A DNA stretch of 64,000 nucleotides, from the NCBI GenBank assembly GCA_013239625.1, contig MU053418.1, forward strand, positions 62,001 through 126,000, written 5' to 3'. The DNA is from Lama guanicoe. Its lineage: Eukaryota. Positions within the stretch are counted from its first letter, which is position 1; each line of letters begins with the position of its first letter. Position numbers and translations under genes: made by a program. Under the pieces are notes generated by a model, which was not told the origin of the DNA, did not search any database, and saw only the letters and a program-made list of their open reading frames with translations. This document shows, piece by piece, positions 51,310 through 64,000 of the stretch.

Positions 51310-54300
51310 GCTAATGCCTCCACAGGGAAAGAGTCGCTAACAGCCCTGAAGGAGTGCCTGTTGATTTCAATTTGAATTGATTCTTGAGCCTGTTTTTGGA
51401 GAAGGCCCTATACAAGTGGGGCTGATTTGAAAGTAACACCAACAGTGAGATTTTAAAAAATTGTAAATGGGCAATAGGTTGCCTACAGAACCTAAAAAGG
51501 ACTAGAAGGCGTGTTTGTATTAACACTGTGTATGTTAAGAACAGATGATGAAAAAAAAACCTAAAAACAAATAAAAAACAAACCAAAACCCCGGTCAACA
51601 GCTGTTTCTTGCCAGTGTCAGGAATGGAGCAGGACTCGGTTTACAAATAATTTTCACGAATTGAACTGAGGGGGCAGATCTTTGCATTATGTGTGGGGAA
51701 ATAACTTACCCGCTTTTTGTGAGTTCTTTTTTGTGAGCATTTATATGTCCCAAATGAATCTGTGAAAAGAATTTCCTCAGAGGAGGATGTCATCAATGTA
51801 ATGTCGTACCTGTGCTCCTGGAGACAACTGGACGCAGTTAAGGTATTGCCTGCAAAGACTGCAATGGCAGAGTTGTTGAGGTATCCCATGGGTAGCCAGG
51901 TAAAGTGTACCGTGTCCCTCTGGAGGGGAAGGCAAACTGTAGCTGAGAGCCTGTTGAAAAGAGCACATATTAGCCAAACCTGTAATAATAAAATACTTAC
52001 TGCTTGCAACTTGGATGGAGGCAGTAATTTCAGTAGCATTGGGTATTCAATCCTTAGTACATGGGCTGTAGCATTAATGTGTGGTAATCCTCTGTGACGC
52101 ACCATCATTATTTCTCAGTTAATAATATACTAAACTGGATCATCAAACAGAGAAGCAGTGGTGGCAATCACTTCTTCTCTAAATAGGTCTTCATAATGGT
52201 TTCCATTGGGGTATACAGTCCATGGGGTCCCATTCTGTCAACCCAACTGGTAAGTGCCAAAAATTAAATTTCATTTTATTATTCACTGGATCAGAGCATC
52301 CATACCTTCTGCGGTACCATACTAAATTTAAGTCCGTGGATGCTATGACCATGAGAAACCTAGGCAACAGTTCTGTTGGTTAAGGTGAAACAGACTATTT
52401 GTCCTAAATGTTTCAGTCTGTTTGGGCTGCTATAGTAAAACACCATGGACTAGGTGGCTTATAAACAACAAAATTTTATTTCTCATAGTTCAAAAGGCTG
52501 AGAAGTCCAGGTGAGAATCAGCTTCCTCGTTCAGATGGCTGTCTTCTCCTAAGTCCTCACATGGCAGAAGGGGAAAAGGAGTTCTCTGGAGTCTTTATTC
52601 TAATTGGAGTCTTTATTCTAATGGCACTAACCTCAGTTCAGGAGGGCTCTGTCCTCATAACTTAATCCCAAAGGCCCACCTCTAAGTACCATCATGTTGG
52701 AGATTAGACTTCAACATACGAATGCTGGAGGGACATAAACACTCAGTCTATAGCACTCTACTTTATATTCAGCAACTCCTCTAGGATTTCAGGGGTTAAC
52801 ACGTTTAAATTTAGTGGGATGCCCAGGTATAACTATAATTTGAGCCCTGTATTAAAGCCGTGAAGGTTTGCCAAGGGTATTAAAGTTAATTTGCAAGGTA
52901 CAAAAGTCAGTCAACACCCTTTTTATCTTTTGTTGTATAAATTATTTTAGTAAATTTTGCATTTCCAATTGGGTCAAGCTGTGGACCTAACTTATATTGT
53001 ACATCAACTCTACCTCAAATAGCAACAACAGCAAAAGAACTGTGGACCTCTGTTTCAGTTATTTTGTTGTTTTCTCTCCCTGGGTCTAAGTCCCTGTCTC
53101 CCTCCCTTCATTCTTTCTTTCTACTTCTTTTCTTTTTATGGTTACTGGGTATACTTCAGGGAGCAGGGGTTCTCTTTACTCTGACCAAGTCCACAGATTT
53201 CTTTCTCCAGAGAGTATCCAGTCAGGATCATCAGGGTTAGGGGTCTGCTCCAAGGCAATGGTTGTTTCATGTGGCTGAAGGATCCCAGGCTTACGCTGCA
53301 TCTGAATTAACCACTTTGCTGTGCCACAGGGTGGGGGTTTTCCCCTCTAACCACGAGCATGGGAGTTGCTTTTTTTTTTTCTTTTCTCATTTTTTTTTTT
53401 TGCAACAAACAAACAGTGAAACAAAAGCATGCCTGACATAACCCAGAAGTTGACTGAATGTCCTTTGAGATGGCTTTTTTCCTGCCATGCAGGTTTCTTT
53501 CATTTCTCTCTGTACAAATTTCCTCAGTTATTTTGGATTTCTAGCCATGGAAAGCCTTGGCTTTCAGTTTTTGCCTATCTAATCACCCAGTGTGGACATT
53601 CTGGGTGGGTCACAAGGGAAAGAGAGCCCAGCAGTCAGCCTCGTAGGCAGCTGCCTCCTCCTCTGGGGAATGCCAGTCAGTGTCCCTGGGTTCAGAGTCC
53701 ACAAATAATAGGTCGTTTAGTCCACGGCCTGGGTCAAGGCCCATGATGCCAAAGTTAGTCCTCTGGTGGGTAAACAGCAGGAGTACGCAAAACTCAGGTA
53801 CTTTGGCTAGAGGGTTTGCACTGGGTGAACAGTTGAGTTATCTCCTCTGGTCGCCTGGAGGGGCAGGTCCTTTTTTCTTTCTCATCAGCATTTGGGCCAC
53901 AGGCCACCATGAATGTGCCTCTAGATACCCTTGAGGGTCAGAAGAGCATGTGCAATGGCAGGAGGGGAAGAGCAGAAGAGATGGGAAAGGCTGCTACCCT
54001 TGTCTGAACACCACCAGCTCATTAGGCAACTGGGCTACCATGCTTAATTCTCCCTGGCATGGTAGTCTCCTGCCTTTCCACAAGGAGCCATTCACGTGCC
54101 CGGTGGTGCACAACAACCATGGTAGGTACGGGTACCCCGAGCAGTCGAGGATGGTCACCAGGCTACATGCAGCAACCAGACAGTTACTCTGGTACGTGGG
54201 GTTCAAGTTCTGACCAGTGAGGGTGCTGTTTTGTCACTGCTTTTACAGGCAGGAGCCTCACAGACCATCTGCTAAACAGACTGGCAAGTCACACAGGGAC

Positions 54301-55062
54301 ACAGCCAATTAACAATTCTCTTTTAGGGACAAGAGCTTTTAGAGTAGGAAGAGATAGTGACACCCAAAAAAACAACAAAAAAAAAGAACACAGAGCAGAG
54401 CAGGCCAAAGTGCAATCCTGCCAGCAACTGGTGGTTCTGTCCCAAGTGGCCCCTGCCATATCACAGAACCAGTTAGCCAAGAGCAATCAGCTAACACTGA
54501 CTAGGGGACCTCGGTCTTGCACGGACAAGCCTGTTCACGACGTCAACTGTATTAACTGCCTCCTAGTCACTCTGTTGGTGGCAGGATTCTTGCCCTGGGG
54601 TAACAAAATAGCTGAACACCTCAGACCTCCACTGGACAGATGAGACCCACGTAAGGTTACTAGTCATACATACTCACAGGCCAGGCTGGAAGGGCACAGG
54701 CCATCCAGGGCCACACAGGCACTGCACTTGGGAACAGAGAGAACCACCAGGGGTTGTGGCAAGTGGCTCTGCAGTGTCAAGAGGGTGCAGTGACCCCTGG
54801 TTCCTGCGAGAGGATATGAATGGCTTCCCTGAATAATTCTGCGGGCTGCTCAGGAAGTGAAACTTGCTACTTAGGGATAAGCAAGAACCTCACCTACACC
54901 CGGTCCCCTTGATAAGGAAGAAGGATTGTCTGACCACAGGACCTCACCTGTGAGAGAAGAACGCGGAGGGAGACTTGCAGTTAGGCCAGCAGAGGTCCTT
55001 CTGGTTTCAGATGTTAAGAGAGTCTATCAGACTGGGCCTCAATTTCAGGGAACTGTTGCTAC
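51310..55062 (-). mobile_element. Class III (MER70-like) provirus remnant: LTR ~54530-55062, gag/pro/RT fragments
   Basis: RT motifs FTWLPMGYLNNSAIA and VRHYIDDILL; protease region homologous to ~32100. Boundaries are approximate. Confidence 0.75.
52409..52755 (-). mobile_element. MLT1A-type MaLR LTR nested in the ERV
   Basis: tgtttcagtctgtttgggctgctata..acactcagtctatagca. Confidence 0.8.
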
Positions 55063-55414
55063 AGTTTAAAGTATTTTGAAGACTACCAAAAACAAACCAA
55101 ATTTTCATCAGTGGTGTTTATAGTTGCAGTACAAAAACATGAGTGACAAACAGAACTTTAGTACAGAAATAAGATGCTATAATGAGGGTGAGGAATTTAA
55201 GATAATTCCAAAAAAGATGACAAGGCTTACAAAAGCAGAAGACTATAACTAAAAATATGCTTTAGTGGTTGTCAATACATGATTTCTGAGAATGAATTCC
55301 CTGCCCCCTCACCATGGGAAAATTGGTACCTAACGATGTGAGCTTTTAATCATGTAAATATGTAAAACAAGCATCCTCACAGACTTATCTACACTGCTAT
55401 ATGTGGCAGGTTGT

Positions 55415-57195
55415 TTATTTAACACACTTCGTTTTGTAGAGAAGTTTTAGGGTTACAGAAAAAATGTGCAGAAAGCACAGAGTTCCTATACACCCCTTTA
55501 CCTCTGCCTCCCTCCAGCTTCCCTGTTATTAATATCTGCATGAGTGTGCTACATTCATTACAACCTATGAGCCAATACTGACACATTTTTACTAACTAAA
55601 ATCCATAGTTTACATCAGGGTGGACCCTTTGTGTTTCACACTTTGTAGGTTTTGACAAATGAATAATGACAGGTAACCACCATCACAGTATCCTACAGAA
55701 TAGTTTCACTGCCCTAAACATTCTCTGTAACCCACCTATTCCTCCCTCCCTCTCTCACCCCGAATCCCTGGCAACCACCCATCTTTTTACTGTCTGCATA
55801 GTTTTGCCTCCATCAGAATGTATTACAGTTGGAATCACACCGTATAGTCTTTTCAGATTCACTTCTTTCATTTAGCAATATGCATCTAAGGTTCTTAGAG
55901 GAATTCTTTGTTACTTGAGAGCTCATTTCTTTTTACCACCTGCCTGAGCATCATTATCCTGTAACCTTACTATGATTGCTTACTAGTGTCAGGAGGTTTT
56001 TTGTTGTTGCTTCTTTGGAACTTTTTATATAGACAATCTACGCTATCTGTGAACACAGTTTCATCTCTTCCTTCCAAATCTGTGTACCCTTTATTTCCCT
56101 TACTTGTCTTACTGCATTAGCTAGGACTTCCAGAAGGATGCTGAAAAGACATGGTGAGAGGGGATCTCCGTGCCTTGCTCCTTATCTTACTGGAAAAGCA
56201 ACTAGTTTCTACACATTAAGTATGATGTTAGCTGTAGGATGTCTGTAGATGTTCTTTACCAAGTTAAGAAGTTAAGGAAGTTCCCTCTATTCCCAGCTTA
56301 CTGAGATTTTTTAAAAACATGAATGGGTATTAAGATTTTTTGAAATGCTCCCCTGTATCTATTCATACGATTATATGATATTTCTTCTTAAGCCTGTTGA
56401 TATGTTGGGTTACACCAACTGATTATCAAATGATAAACCAGCCATGCACAGCTGGATAAATCCCAATTGATTATGGCACAGTTCTATAATTCTTTTTATA
56501 TATTGTTGGATTCAATCCGCTAATATTTTGTTGAGCGTTTCTGCATCTATGTTCATGAGAGATATCGGTCTGTAGTTTTCCTTTCTTGTAACGTCTGTGC
56601 CTGGTTTTGCTATGAGAATAACGTTGGCCTCATAGAACAAGTTAGGAAGTGTTCCCTCTACTTTTACACTCTGTAAGAGACTGCAGAGAATTGGTATCAT
56701 TTCTTCCTTAACTTGGTAAAATTCACCAGTGACACATAAGGGCCTGATACTTTCTGATTTGGGAGATTAAATATTGATTCAATTTCTTTAACAGATATAT
56801 GCCTATTCAGATTTATCCTTCCGTGAGTTTTGGCAGAATTCTGTCTTTTAAGGAACTGGCCCATTTCATCTAGGTTATCAAATGTGTGGGCATAGAGTTA
56901 CCCATAAAATTCCTTTAAGCCTTTTGATGACCAAGGGATCTGCAGTTATGGCTCTCTTTCATTCCTGATATTAGCAACTTGTGTCTTCTCTTTTTCTTAG
57001 GTAACCGGCTAGAGATTTATCAACGTTCCTGACCTCAAAGAACCAGCTTTTGGTTTTGACTGATTTTCTCTATCGGTTTCCTGTTTTCCATTTCACTGAT
57101 TTCCATCCTAAGTCTCATCATTTTTTTGTTTTGTATACTTTAGATGTAATTTGCTCTTCTTTTCCTAGTTTCCTAAAAAGGAAGCTTAGGCTAAG
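55415..57195 (-). mobile_element. Old L1 (3'UTR piece plus ORF2 RT piece)
   Basis: Minus-strand [36 protein letters not shown]. Confidence 0.85.
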
Positions 57196-57630
57196 ATCAC
57201 TAGACTGTAATTTTAGGTTATTAGCTAAACCTGATTATTTATGTAGTCTGGTCATGTAATTAGCCTATCACCTTTGCATTGTCAATAAAAGCACTATTCT
57301 AATTCTACTTTGTCCCTGCTCCAGCCCCACTCCTTCTCCTCTTGTCGTAGACTCAAAAGACATTAAGGGCCAAGATCCCACCCTGGGTGCATCAGGGCCC
57401 TCAATTCACAGTCCAGTTTATAGCCCTGAGTGGTCTGATCTGAGGTTTCTTCCCTGGACCCTGTCTTAGAGGGCAGTTGCTTACAGAGGGTTTGGATCAA
57501 ATTTAGGCTGAAGGCTGGAGTATTCAGATATGTACACTCAAGGCACATCATGGTTTGGGATGAACCATGGGTGGAAAGAGAAAAGGGGTAATGGGACTAG
57601 GGCCTAGCTATCCCCATGCACAGAACACAC

Positions 57631-57636
57631 TTTATT
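57631..57636 (-). terminator. Candidate polyadenylation signal (AATAAA) of the ZNF33B-like gene
   Basis: tttatt on the + strand ~1.1 kb downstream of the stop, followed on the minus strand by gtgtgttctgtg. Confidence 0.45.
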
Positions 57637-58778
57637 GAACATCTTGTTATTTTGATTTATGAGTTTTAAAAGGTTAGCTATTAGCTTTGTGGCCTTCTTT
57701 TTAAACTGTTGCTCTAGGCCCTACACACAAAGGAGATGTGCCTGACGTTGTAACAACTGCTAAACTAGGAGCATCTATTTCCTGCTCACAATTATATTGT
57801 TTTGTATGAGAAACATAGACAGTTTATATAATGTACATACACACGCCCTGTGAACTTCAGAGATATCACATGTGTTTGATGCTGTTGCCCTAGCTATTTA
57901 ATTTAATCTGTTTTTTAAAAGCTTCATATTCAAATCGTTGCCAGGAATAGGGTGGCAGAAAGGCTATGATTATTAACACAAGGGAACTTCTTGTGGTGAA
58001 ATCCTGATTCCCCTGTAATCTTCATGTAATACCAATTCCAGATTCCTTCTTGATTTTGTAACCTGTGTTGACAGTTACTCAAATACACAGACGATAAAAT
58101 TTCACAGAAATACACAACGAAATACACAGAATACATGTAAAAACTGGTGAAATCTGAGTAAGTATCTGACTAGTGGAGTACCATCAATTTCTTGTACTTA
58201 AAAATATGTTAGGGTTCTGTAACATTATTATTAGAGGAAGCCTGGTACAGGAGAATTCCATGTACAATTACTGCAACTTCTTATGAGTCTATTGCATTTT
58301 ACTGGGGTTTTGTTTGTTTTTTAAGCTTTACAATGGACAATATAAATCTATAAACTACAATTAGTTATTCTTCCTAAAGATAACTATGACATTAAAACCG
58401 AACACAACTTCTAATGTTACATTACTTCTAAAGAAAATGTTCAAGCTATAGTCTCAAATGGACATATTTCTCCCCAATATAAATTCTGACATAACACAGT
58501 TTGTATTTTTGCTGAAGCTTTTACAAAGTCAAAAAACCTGTGAGGTTTTTTTGCCAGAATTAGTTGTATGACATTCAATGGAATGTTACTTCTTAACAAG
58601 GCTGTGTCTTATGCTTGTTGCAGTCTATGGGTTTGTCCCTTATTATTACTTTGGAGTAAAATAAGGCGTTTGTAGACGAAGGTTACTGAACATTCAGGAT
58701 GTCAACAGAGCATTCTCCACAGTGTGAATTCTCTGAAGTGCAGTAGATGCTGAATTGTGGCTCAACCACTTCTAAAGT

Positions 58779-60871
58779 TCACTTCAAACCGTAAGATTTT
58801 TCTTCTGTGTGTGTTCTCTGATGTACAATGAGGTTTGACTTCTGAGAGAAGGTTTTCCCACACGTGTTACATTCATAGGGCTTCTCCCCTGTGTGTGATC
58901 TCTGGTGTTTAGCAAGATCTGATTTACGGTAAAAGACCTTCCCACATTCATTACACTGGCAAGATTTCTCTCCTGTGTGAGCCCTGTGATGCACCGTGAG
59001 GGATGACTTGTGGCTGAAGGCTTTTCCACATTCACTGCACTCATAGGGCTTTTCCCCTGTGTGTTTTCGCTGATGCAAAATAAGTCCTGACTTCACACAA
59101 AAAGATTTTCCACATTCACTACATTTATAGGGCTTGTCTTCTGAATGTGTTCTCTGGTGTACAATTAGAGCTGACTTATGGCAGAAAGCCTTTCCACATT
59201 CACTACATTCATAGGGTTTCTCCCCTATGTGAATTCTCTGGTGCTGAGTGAGCTGTGACTTCTGGCAGAAGGTTTTCCCACATTCGCTGCATTCATAGGG
59301 TTTCTCCCCTGTGTGTGTTCTATTATGTTTAGTTAGGTATGACTTATTATAAAAGATTTTTCCACATTCGTGACATTCATAGGGTTTTTCCCCTGTATGT
59401 GTTCTATAGTGTTGGGACAGGGTTGACTTATGGCTGAAAAATTTCCCACATTCAGGGCATTCAAAGGGTTTCTCCCCTGTGTGAGTTCTCTGATGTACTG
59501 TGAGGTCCGACTTCAAGCAGAAGGTTTTCCCACATTCGTAACATTCATAAGGTTTCAACCCTGTGTGAATTATCTGATGCCTGGTGAGCACTGACTTGTG
59601 GTAGAACGTTTTCCCGCATGCATTACATTCATAGGGTTTATCCCCTATGTGAGTTCTCTGATGCTGTGTAAGATGTGACTTCTGACAGAAAGATTTCCCA
59701 CACTCAGGGCACTCAAAAGGTTTCTCACCTGTATGAGTTCTCTGATGTACTGTAAGGTGTGAATTCATACAGAAGGATTTCCCACATTCATAACATTCAT
59801 AGGGTTTCAGTCCTGTGTGTGTTCGCTGATGTTTAGTGAGGTCTGACTTCTGGTAAAACGTTTTCCCACAAGCATTACACTGGTAAGGTTTCTCCCCTGT
59901 ATGTGTTCTCTGGTGTAATGTGAGGGCTGACTTGTGGCTGAAGGCTTTCCCACATTCATTGCACTCATAGGGTTTCTCCCCTGTGTGTGATCGCTGATGC
60001 TTAGTTAGGTTTGACTTCTCCCAGAAAGTTTTTCCACATTCACTACACTGGAAGCGTTTCTCTCCTGTGTGTATCCTCTGATGTCGAGTGAGGTGTGACT
60101 TCTCCCAAAAAGCTTTCCCACATTCATTACATTCAAAGTGTTTCTCTCCTTTATGAGTTTTCTGAAGTTGTGAGAGGTATAACTGCCTCCTGAAATTATT
60201 TCCACTTTTGTTACATTCATAGTGTTTCATATGTGCCCCATGATGATTCAAAAGGGTAGACTTCACACATAAGGATTTCCCACAGTCACTAAGTTCATAG
60301 TGATGTTCCTTTGAGGGAATTAACTGATGGAACAAGAAGGATGAGTCATCACAGATCATTCTCCCATAAGCATTATATTCACAGTCACTCCCTTCAGTGA
60401 TCTCTCGCTTGTGTTTACTGAATACCGCCTTTTCAAGAAAGGTTTCTTGATATACGTTGTATTCAAAATTTTGCTGTAAAGTTTGAATCTTCTCAAGCTG
60501 AACAGGATCCTCATTATGACTGAAAGTTTTCCCATTTTTAAAAAATTCACTTTTCTCTCTAGTATGAGTTTTCTCACATTCAATATCAAGTAGCAATTTT
60601 CCGCAGGTGTTAAATTCATCAGTATTTTTTCCTAAATAGTTTTTCTTATTGACAACCAGTTCTGAAATACAGTTGAAGCTCATTTCACATGAGTCACACT
60701 GACAGAGTATTTTTCTGGAAGGAAAAAAATCTGTGTCCAAGTTAAATGGTTTTCCTATTACAAGACCTCGTTCTTTAGTCAGCATTTTGTTATTGATGAA
60801 TACAACTTGCCACATATGCTTAGGCAGGTCTTCTTGGCTTCTTTCTTTCATGTGATCAGTTTTCCAGGGTT
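58779..60871 (-). CDS. ZNF33B: Terminal coding exon (spacer plus 16 C2H2 zinc fingers) of a KRAB zinc-finger protein, ZNF33B/ZNF33A orthologue; partial gene
   Basis: Open frame with 16 consecutive CxxC-x12-Hxxx-H fingers and TGEKPY linkers. Splice acceptor tttttcttgtttctag|AA CCC TGG (AG at 60872-60873, phase 1) is typical of a KRAB-ZNF last exon. The spacer ([31 protein letters not shown]) and fingers ([27 protein letters not shown]) match my recollection of ZNF33A/B, with finger 5 of the B type. Stop TGA at 58779-58781. Confidence 0.92.
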
Positions 60872-61631
60872 CTAGAAACAAGAAAAATCAATCTCATCAT
60901 ATAAATATTAACACATTTCTTATGGAATGAGACCTATATACAAATGCTCTGCATTGTAGCTGACTTTGATTTCTTGTCTAGTCTCCAGAAATGAAAATAA
61001 CTGCAAGTACATATTTTTTCTATTTCTAGGTTTTGAGGCAAACAAAAAAAAAAAAACAAGAAACAAAAAGCCTGATATAGCAGGAAAAGGGAGAGGAAAC
61101 TGTTAAAACACATATATTTAGTTTCCAGCGTCTGATGAATAACAGCAACTATTAAAATCTGTATACGTCCATGTATCCTCCAAAAAACTAATAGGATCAA
61201 TATAAGGAGAGCAAATAAAATTAGTGACAACAACCCATGACTTTAGAATAATTACGAGATACAAAATACTACTAACTTCAAATCATCATTAAGGAAGCAA
61301 GTAAATATTCAAATGTAGAAGTAAGTGAGAGCCACATCTGCAGAAAGAGTCAGCTGGAGACTGTGGTAAACACATGCAGAAGAAGACACAGAGAATTTAG
61401 AGATGGTTAAACACAAATAAAATTACTCCCAGAAGAAAAAAGTCCCACTATGAGTGGGAAAATATTAAGATGATGTCTCAGTTCTGGTGGATGAGAACTC
61501 AGATTACTGGGAAATTTGAAAGAGTAGACTCATAGTACGTGGGAACTAAGGAGGCAAGGGCTGATTAAAGTGAGGAACAAACATGTAAAAACAGAGTGAT
61601 CTTATTATAGGAATTAAATTACAAGGAGCCT

Positions 61632-62022
61632 GGTACAGACTGAATTGTGTCCCTTCCCAAATGCATATGTTGAAGCTCTAGCCCCTGATGTGGCTGAATT
61701 TGGAGATAGAGCCTTTAAGGAAGTAATTAAGGTTAAATGATGTCATAAGGGTGGAGCACAAATCCGATGGGAATGACATCCTTATTAGAAGAGGAAGAGA
61801 CACCAGAGCTCACTTGCTCTCCATGTGCACAGAGAGAAAAGGCCATGTGAGGACACAGTGAAAAGGTGCTGTCTGCAAGCTGAGCAGAGAGGCCTCACCA
61901 GAAATCAACCCTGCTGGCACCTTCATCTTGAACATCCAGTCTCTAGAACTTTGAGAAAATAAATTTCTGTTGTACAGCCACCCCGTCTGTGGTGCTTTGT
62001 TATAGCAGTCCAAGCTGACCAA
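61632..62022 (+). mobile_element. MLT1A0-type MaLR solo LTR in the ZNF33B intron
   Basis: gactgaattgtgtccc..catatgttgaagctcta..ttgttatagcag..gctgaccaata. Confidence 0.85.
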
Positions 62023-62099
62023 TAAAGAGCCCAAAAAGAAAACACACTTGACTGAAATTCTAATAAACAGTGATGAAAACAGGCATTAAAGCAACAAAG

Positions 62100-64000
62100 G
62101 AACAACAAAAGACTAAACAAAAAAAAAGAAAGAAAAGAAAAGAAAAAATTGAAACAAAAAGTAAGTTCTGGAAAAAGAAGGTGGATTGTAAAATAATGTA
62201 ATAAATAAAAATTTAAAAATAAAATTGTATGTATATATGATTGTAGTCTCTAAAGAGAAAAAAAAAGAAAATGGAATAAATCTAAAATTAAAAAACATAA
62301 TCTAGGAAAACTGCCCAGAAATAAAAGAAGACCTAATCTACATGTTCAAAATGACCACCCTGAACCTGAAAAAACTGACCTGGAACAGTTCTCTTTAATA
62401 CATACCTTAATAAAGCTACCAGATCTTAAAAATGAAGAAAAAGGCCTCTAGACAAGGATGAGGATGTTGGACAAAAAGACCAAGTCTCAACAAACAAACA
62501 AAATATAGGTTTGGCAACAGACTTTGTCACCAGTAAACAAAGCAAAGCTAAGTGGAGCAACATTTTCAAGAAAAGGAATTGAGTGAGTCAAGGACTTTTA
62601 CCCATTGTCTATTATCCTTTAAGGAGCAAGGCTATGGAAAAATGTAAACCAGTTTAGATATTCATGAAAATAGGTAATATTGTAATCACGAAACCTTCCA
62701 GAAAAGGACAAACTTCAAGCAACCAAGACTTGACAGGAAAAGCTGGCAGAAAAACTGAGCAGTAAATACATTTAATTGTAGATCGGAAATCAAAACAAAG
62801 ATAAGAACAAGGATAGAAGTATAAAATATAAATGCTACATGTTCTGGTGAAGCAGGAATAATGTAACTAGAAAAGCTACAGGAAACAGGAGAGAAAAAAC
62901 AGGAAGTAAGAATAAGCTCAGAAACAGCCACATAACTAATCAGAGTCAAAGGATGTCAACTATAAGCTAAAAAACCAAATAAGAGTGTTAAAGGAAATGG
63001 GCAACTAAGGCCATTATATTAATATAAAAGTAATACTAGAGCAAAAGCATCAGAATTTCCTAATTGCCTCCATCCAAAAAGAACAAAGAAAAAAGACCAA
63101 ATAGAAAAATTCAGTAAATGTGATACCCCTTAAATGTAACAATAGGACAAAACTGAAACCTAACATACAAATCATATCAGTAAATATGAATAGGCTTAAC
63201 TCACCAATTAAATTTGGTTTTGATTTTCAAATTGAGTCATGGACAAGCCTAAAATCTCTGCTGTAAAGGGAAAACACACTTAAGAAAAATGGCACAAAAG
63301 GGCTAAAAACAAAGGGTGAACAGTATCATTCCAGACAAAAGGAAACAAGAAGGAAACAGAGGGGCAATCTTGTCACCAGGAAGGACAAAGAAACACTTAC
63401 AATGCTAAAATTCACAAATTCGAATGGAGAAATAACAGACCAAACAACCTTCATAGACCAGAACCCAGAGAAGTAAGGAAAAATAGAAACACACTAATAA
63501 GAAAAGTATTTCAAGACAAATCAAAGTAAAAAGTTAGTGGTATCAAACACACATATAATAACATGTATTATGAATCCATATCAAATTTTATAATATCAAA
63601 ACTTGTAATAGAGAATATACTTCCATCTCAAGAGTACATGAAACATTCACAAAAACTGATATAGATAACACACATAGGTAATAATGCAGTAAAACTAGCA
63701 ATTAATGGTCAAGAATGAGCTTCCATCTGGACCTGAGAAACAAACAACTCTCTAGTAAACTGCTCTTTGGTGAGAGGGAAAACACACACCAGACCTGACG
63801 AAGTTCCAGAACAAAAAACTAAAAAAAATATTACTTATGAGGATGTCTGGGATATGTGTACTGGTCAGAAGAAATTCCATAGCATTAGGTGTTTACATCA
63901 AGGGAAAAAAAAGAATGAAAACAAGTGAATTCTTAACTCAAAAAAAAAAAACCTAGAAAATGATAATAGTAATGTAAAAGAAAGTAGACAGCACAAAGAA
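62100..64000 (+). mobile_element. Very old L1 (ORF1 end and ORF2 start) in the ZNF33B intron
   Basis: Degenerate L1 motifs (taaatatgaataggcttaactcaccaattaa; tctgggatat..agaagaaattccatagcatta). Confidence 0.65.

Noticed and set aside
47856..52110. RT-like ORFs (YTDD, YIDD) as domesticated retroviral genes
   Set aside because: Short, frameshifted pieces within decayed proviruses, with no sign of a preserved long frame.
60872..60881. Start of the 700-aa ORF in the ORF track
   Set aside because: The initial M is a TTG inside the intron's polypyrimidine tract; the real exon begins at the acceptor at 60871.
1..64000. CRISPR arrays, rRNA genes, operons or prokaryotic systems
   Set aside because: The sequence is mammalian; the only periodic repeats are microsatellites and the 84-bp zinc-finger unit.

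Overview
This is mammalian genomic DNA, very probably camelid (camel or alpaca), judged from a tRNA-Ala-derived SINE of the camelid Vic-1 type at 42008-42161 and artiodactyl-type L1 and Tigger1 elements. Two tandem minus-strand KRAB zinc-finger genes are partly present. (1) The large terminal exon of a ZNF33B-like gene: 16 intact C2H2 fingers, 58779-60871, with its KRAB exons beyond the right edge. (2) The CpG-island promoter (~27100-27930), 5'UTR exons and the 15-nt coding start (MITSQ, 25790-25804) of ZNF37A, whose KRAB and finger exons lie beyond the left edge. Nearly everything else is transposon-derived. The ZNF37A intron (1-25789) is a stack of L1 elements, almost all antisense to the gene. 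The ~30 kb between the genes holds nested ERVL-class, ERV1 and MaLR elements, L1 fragments and a decayed near-complete hAT transposase next to the ZNF37A promoter. I found no convincing previously undescribed biological system. The best leads are the fossil transposase, an L1 with a foreign 3' end that is echoed 40 kb away, an open tail behind the ZNF33B stop codon, and a candidate in-frame microexon. Gene and repeat family names are from recognition, not database searches. Repeat boundaries without a stated TSD are approximate.
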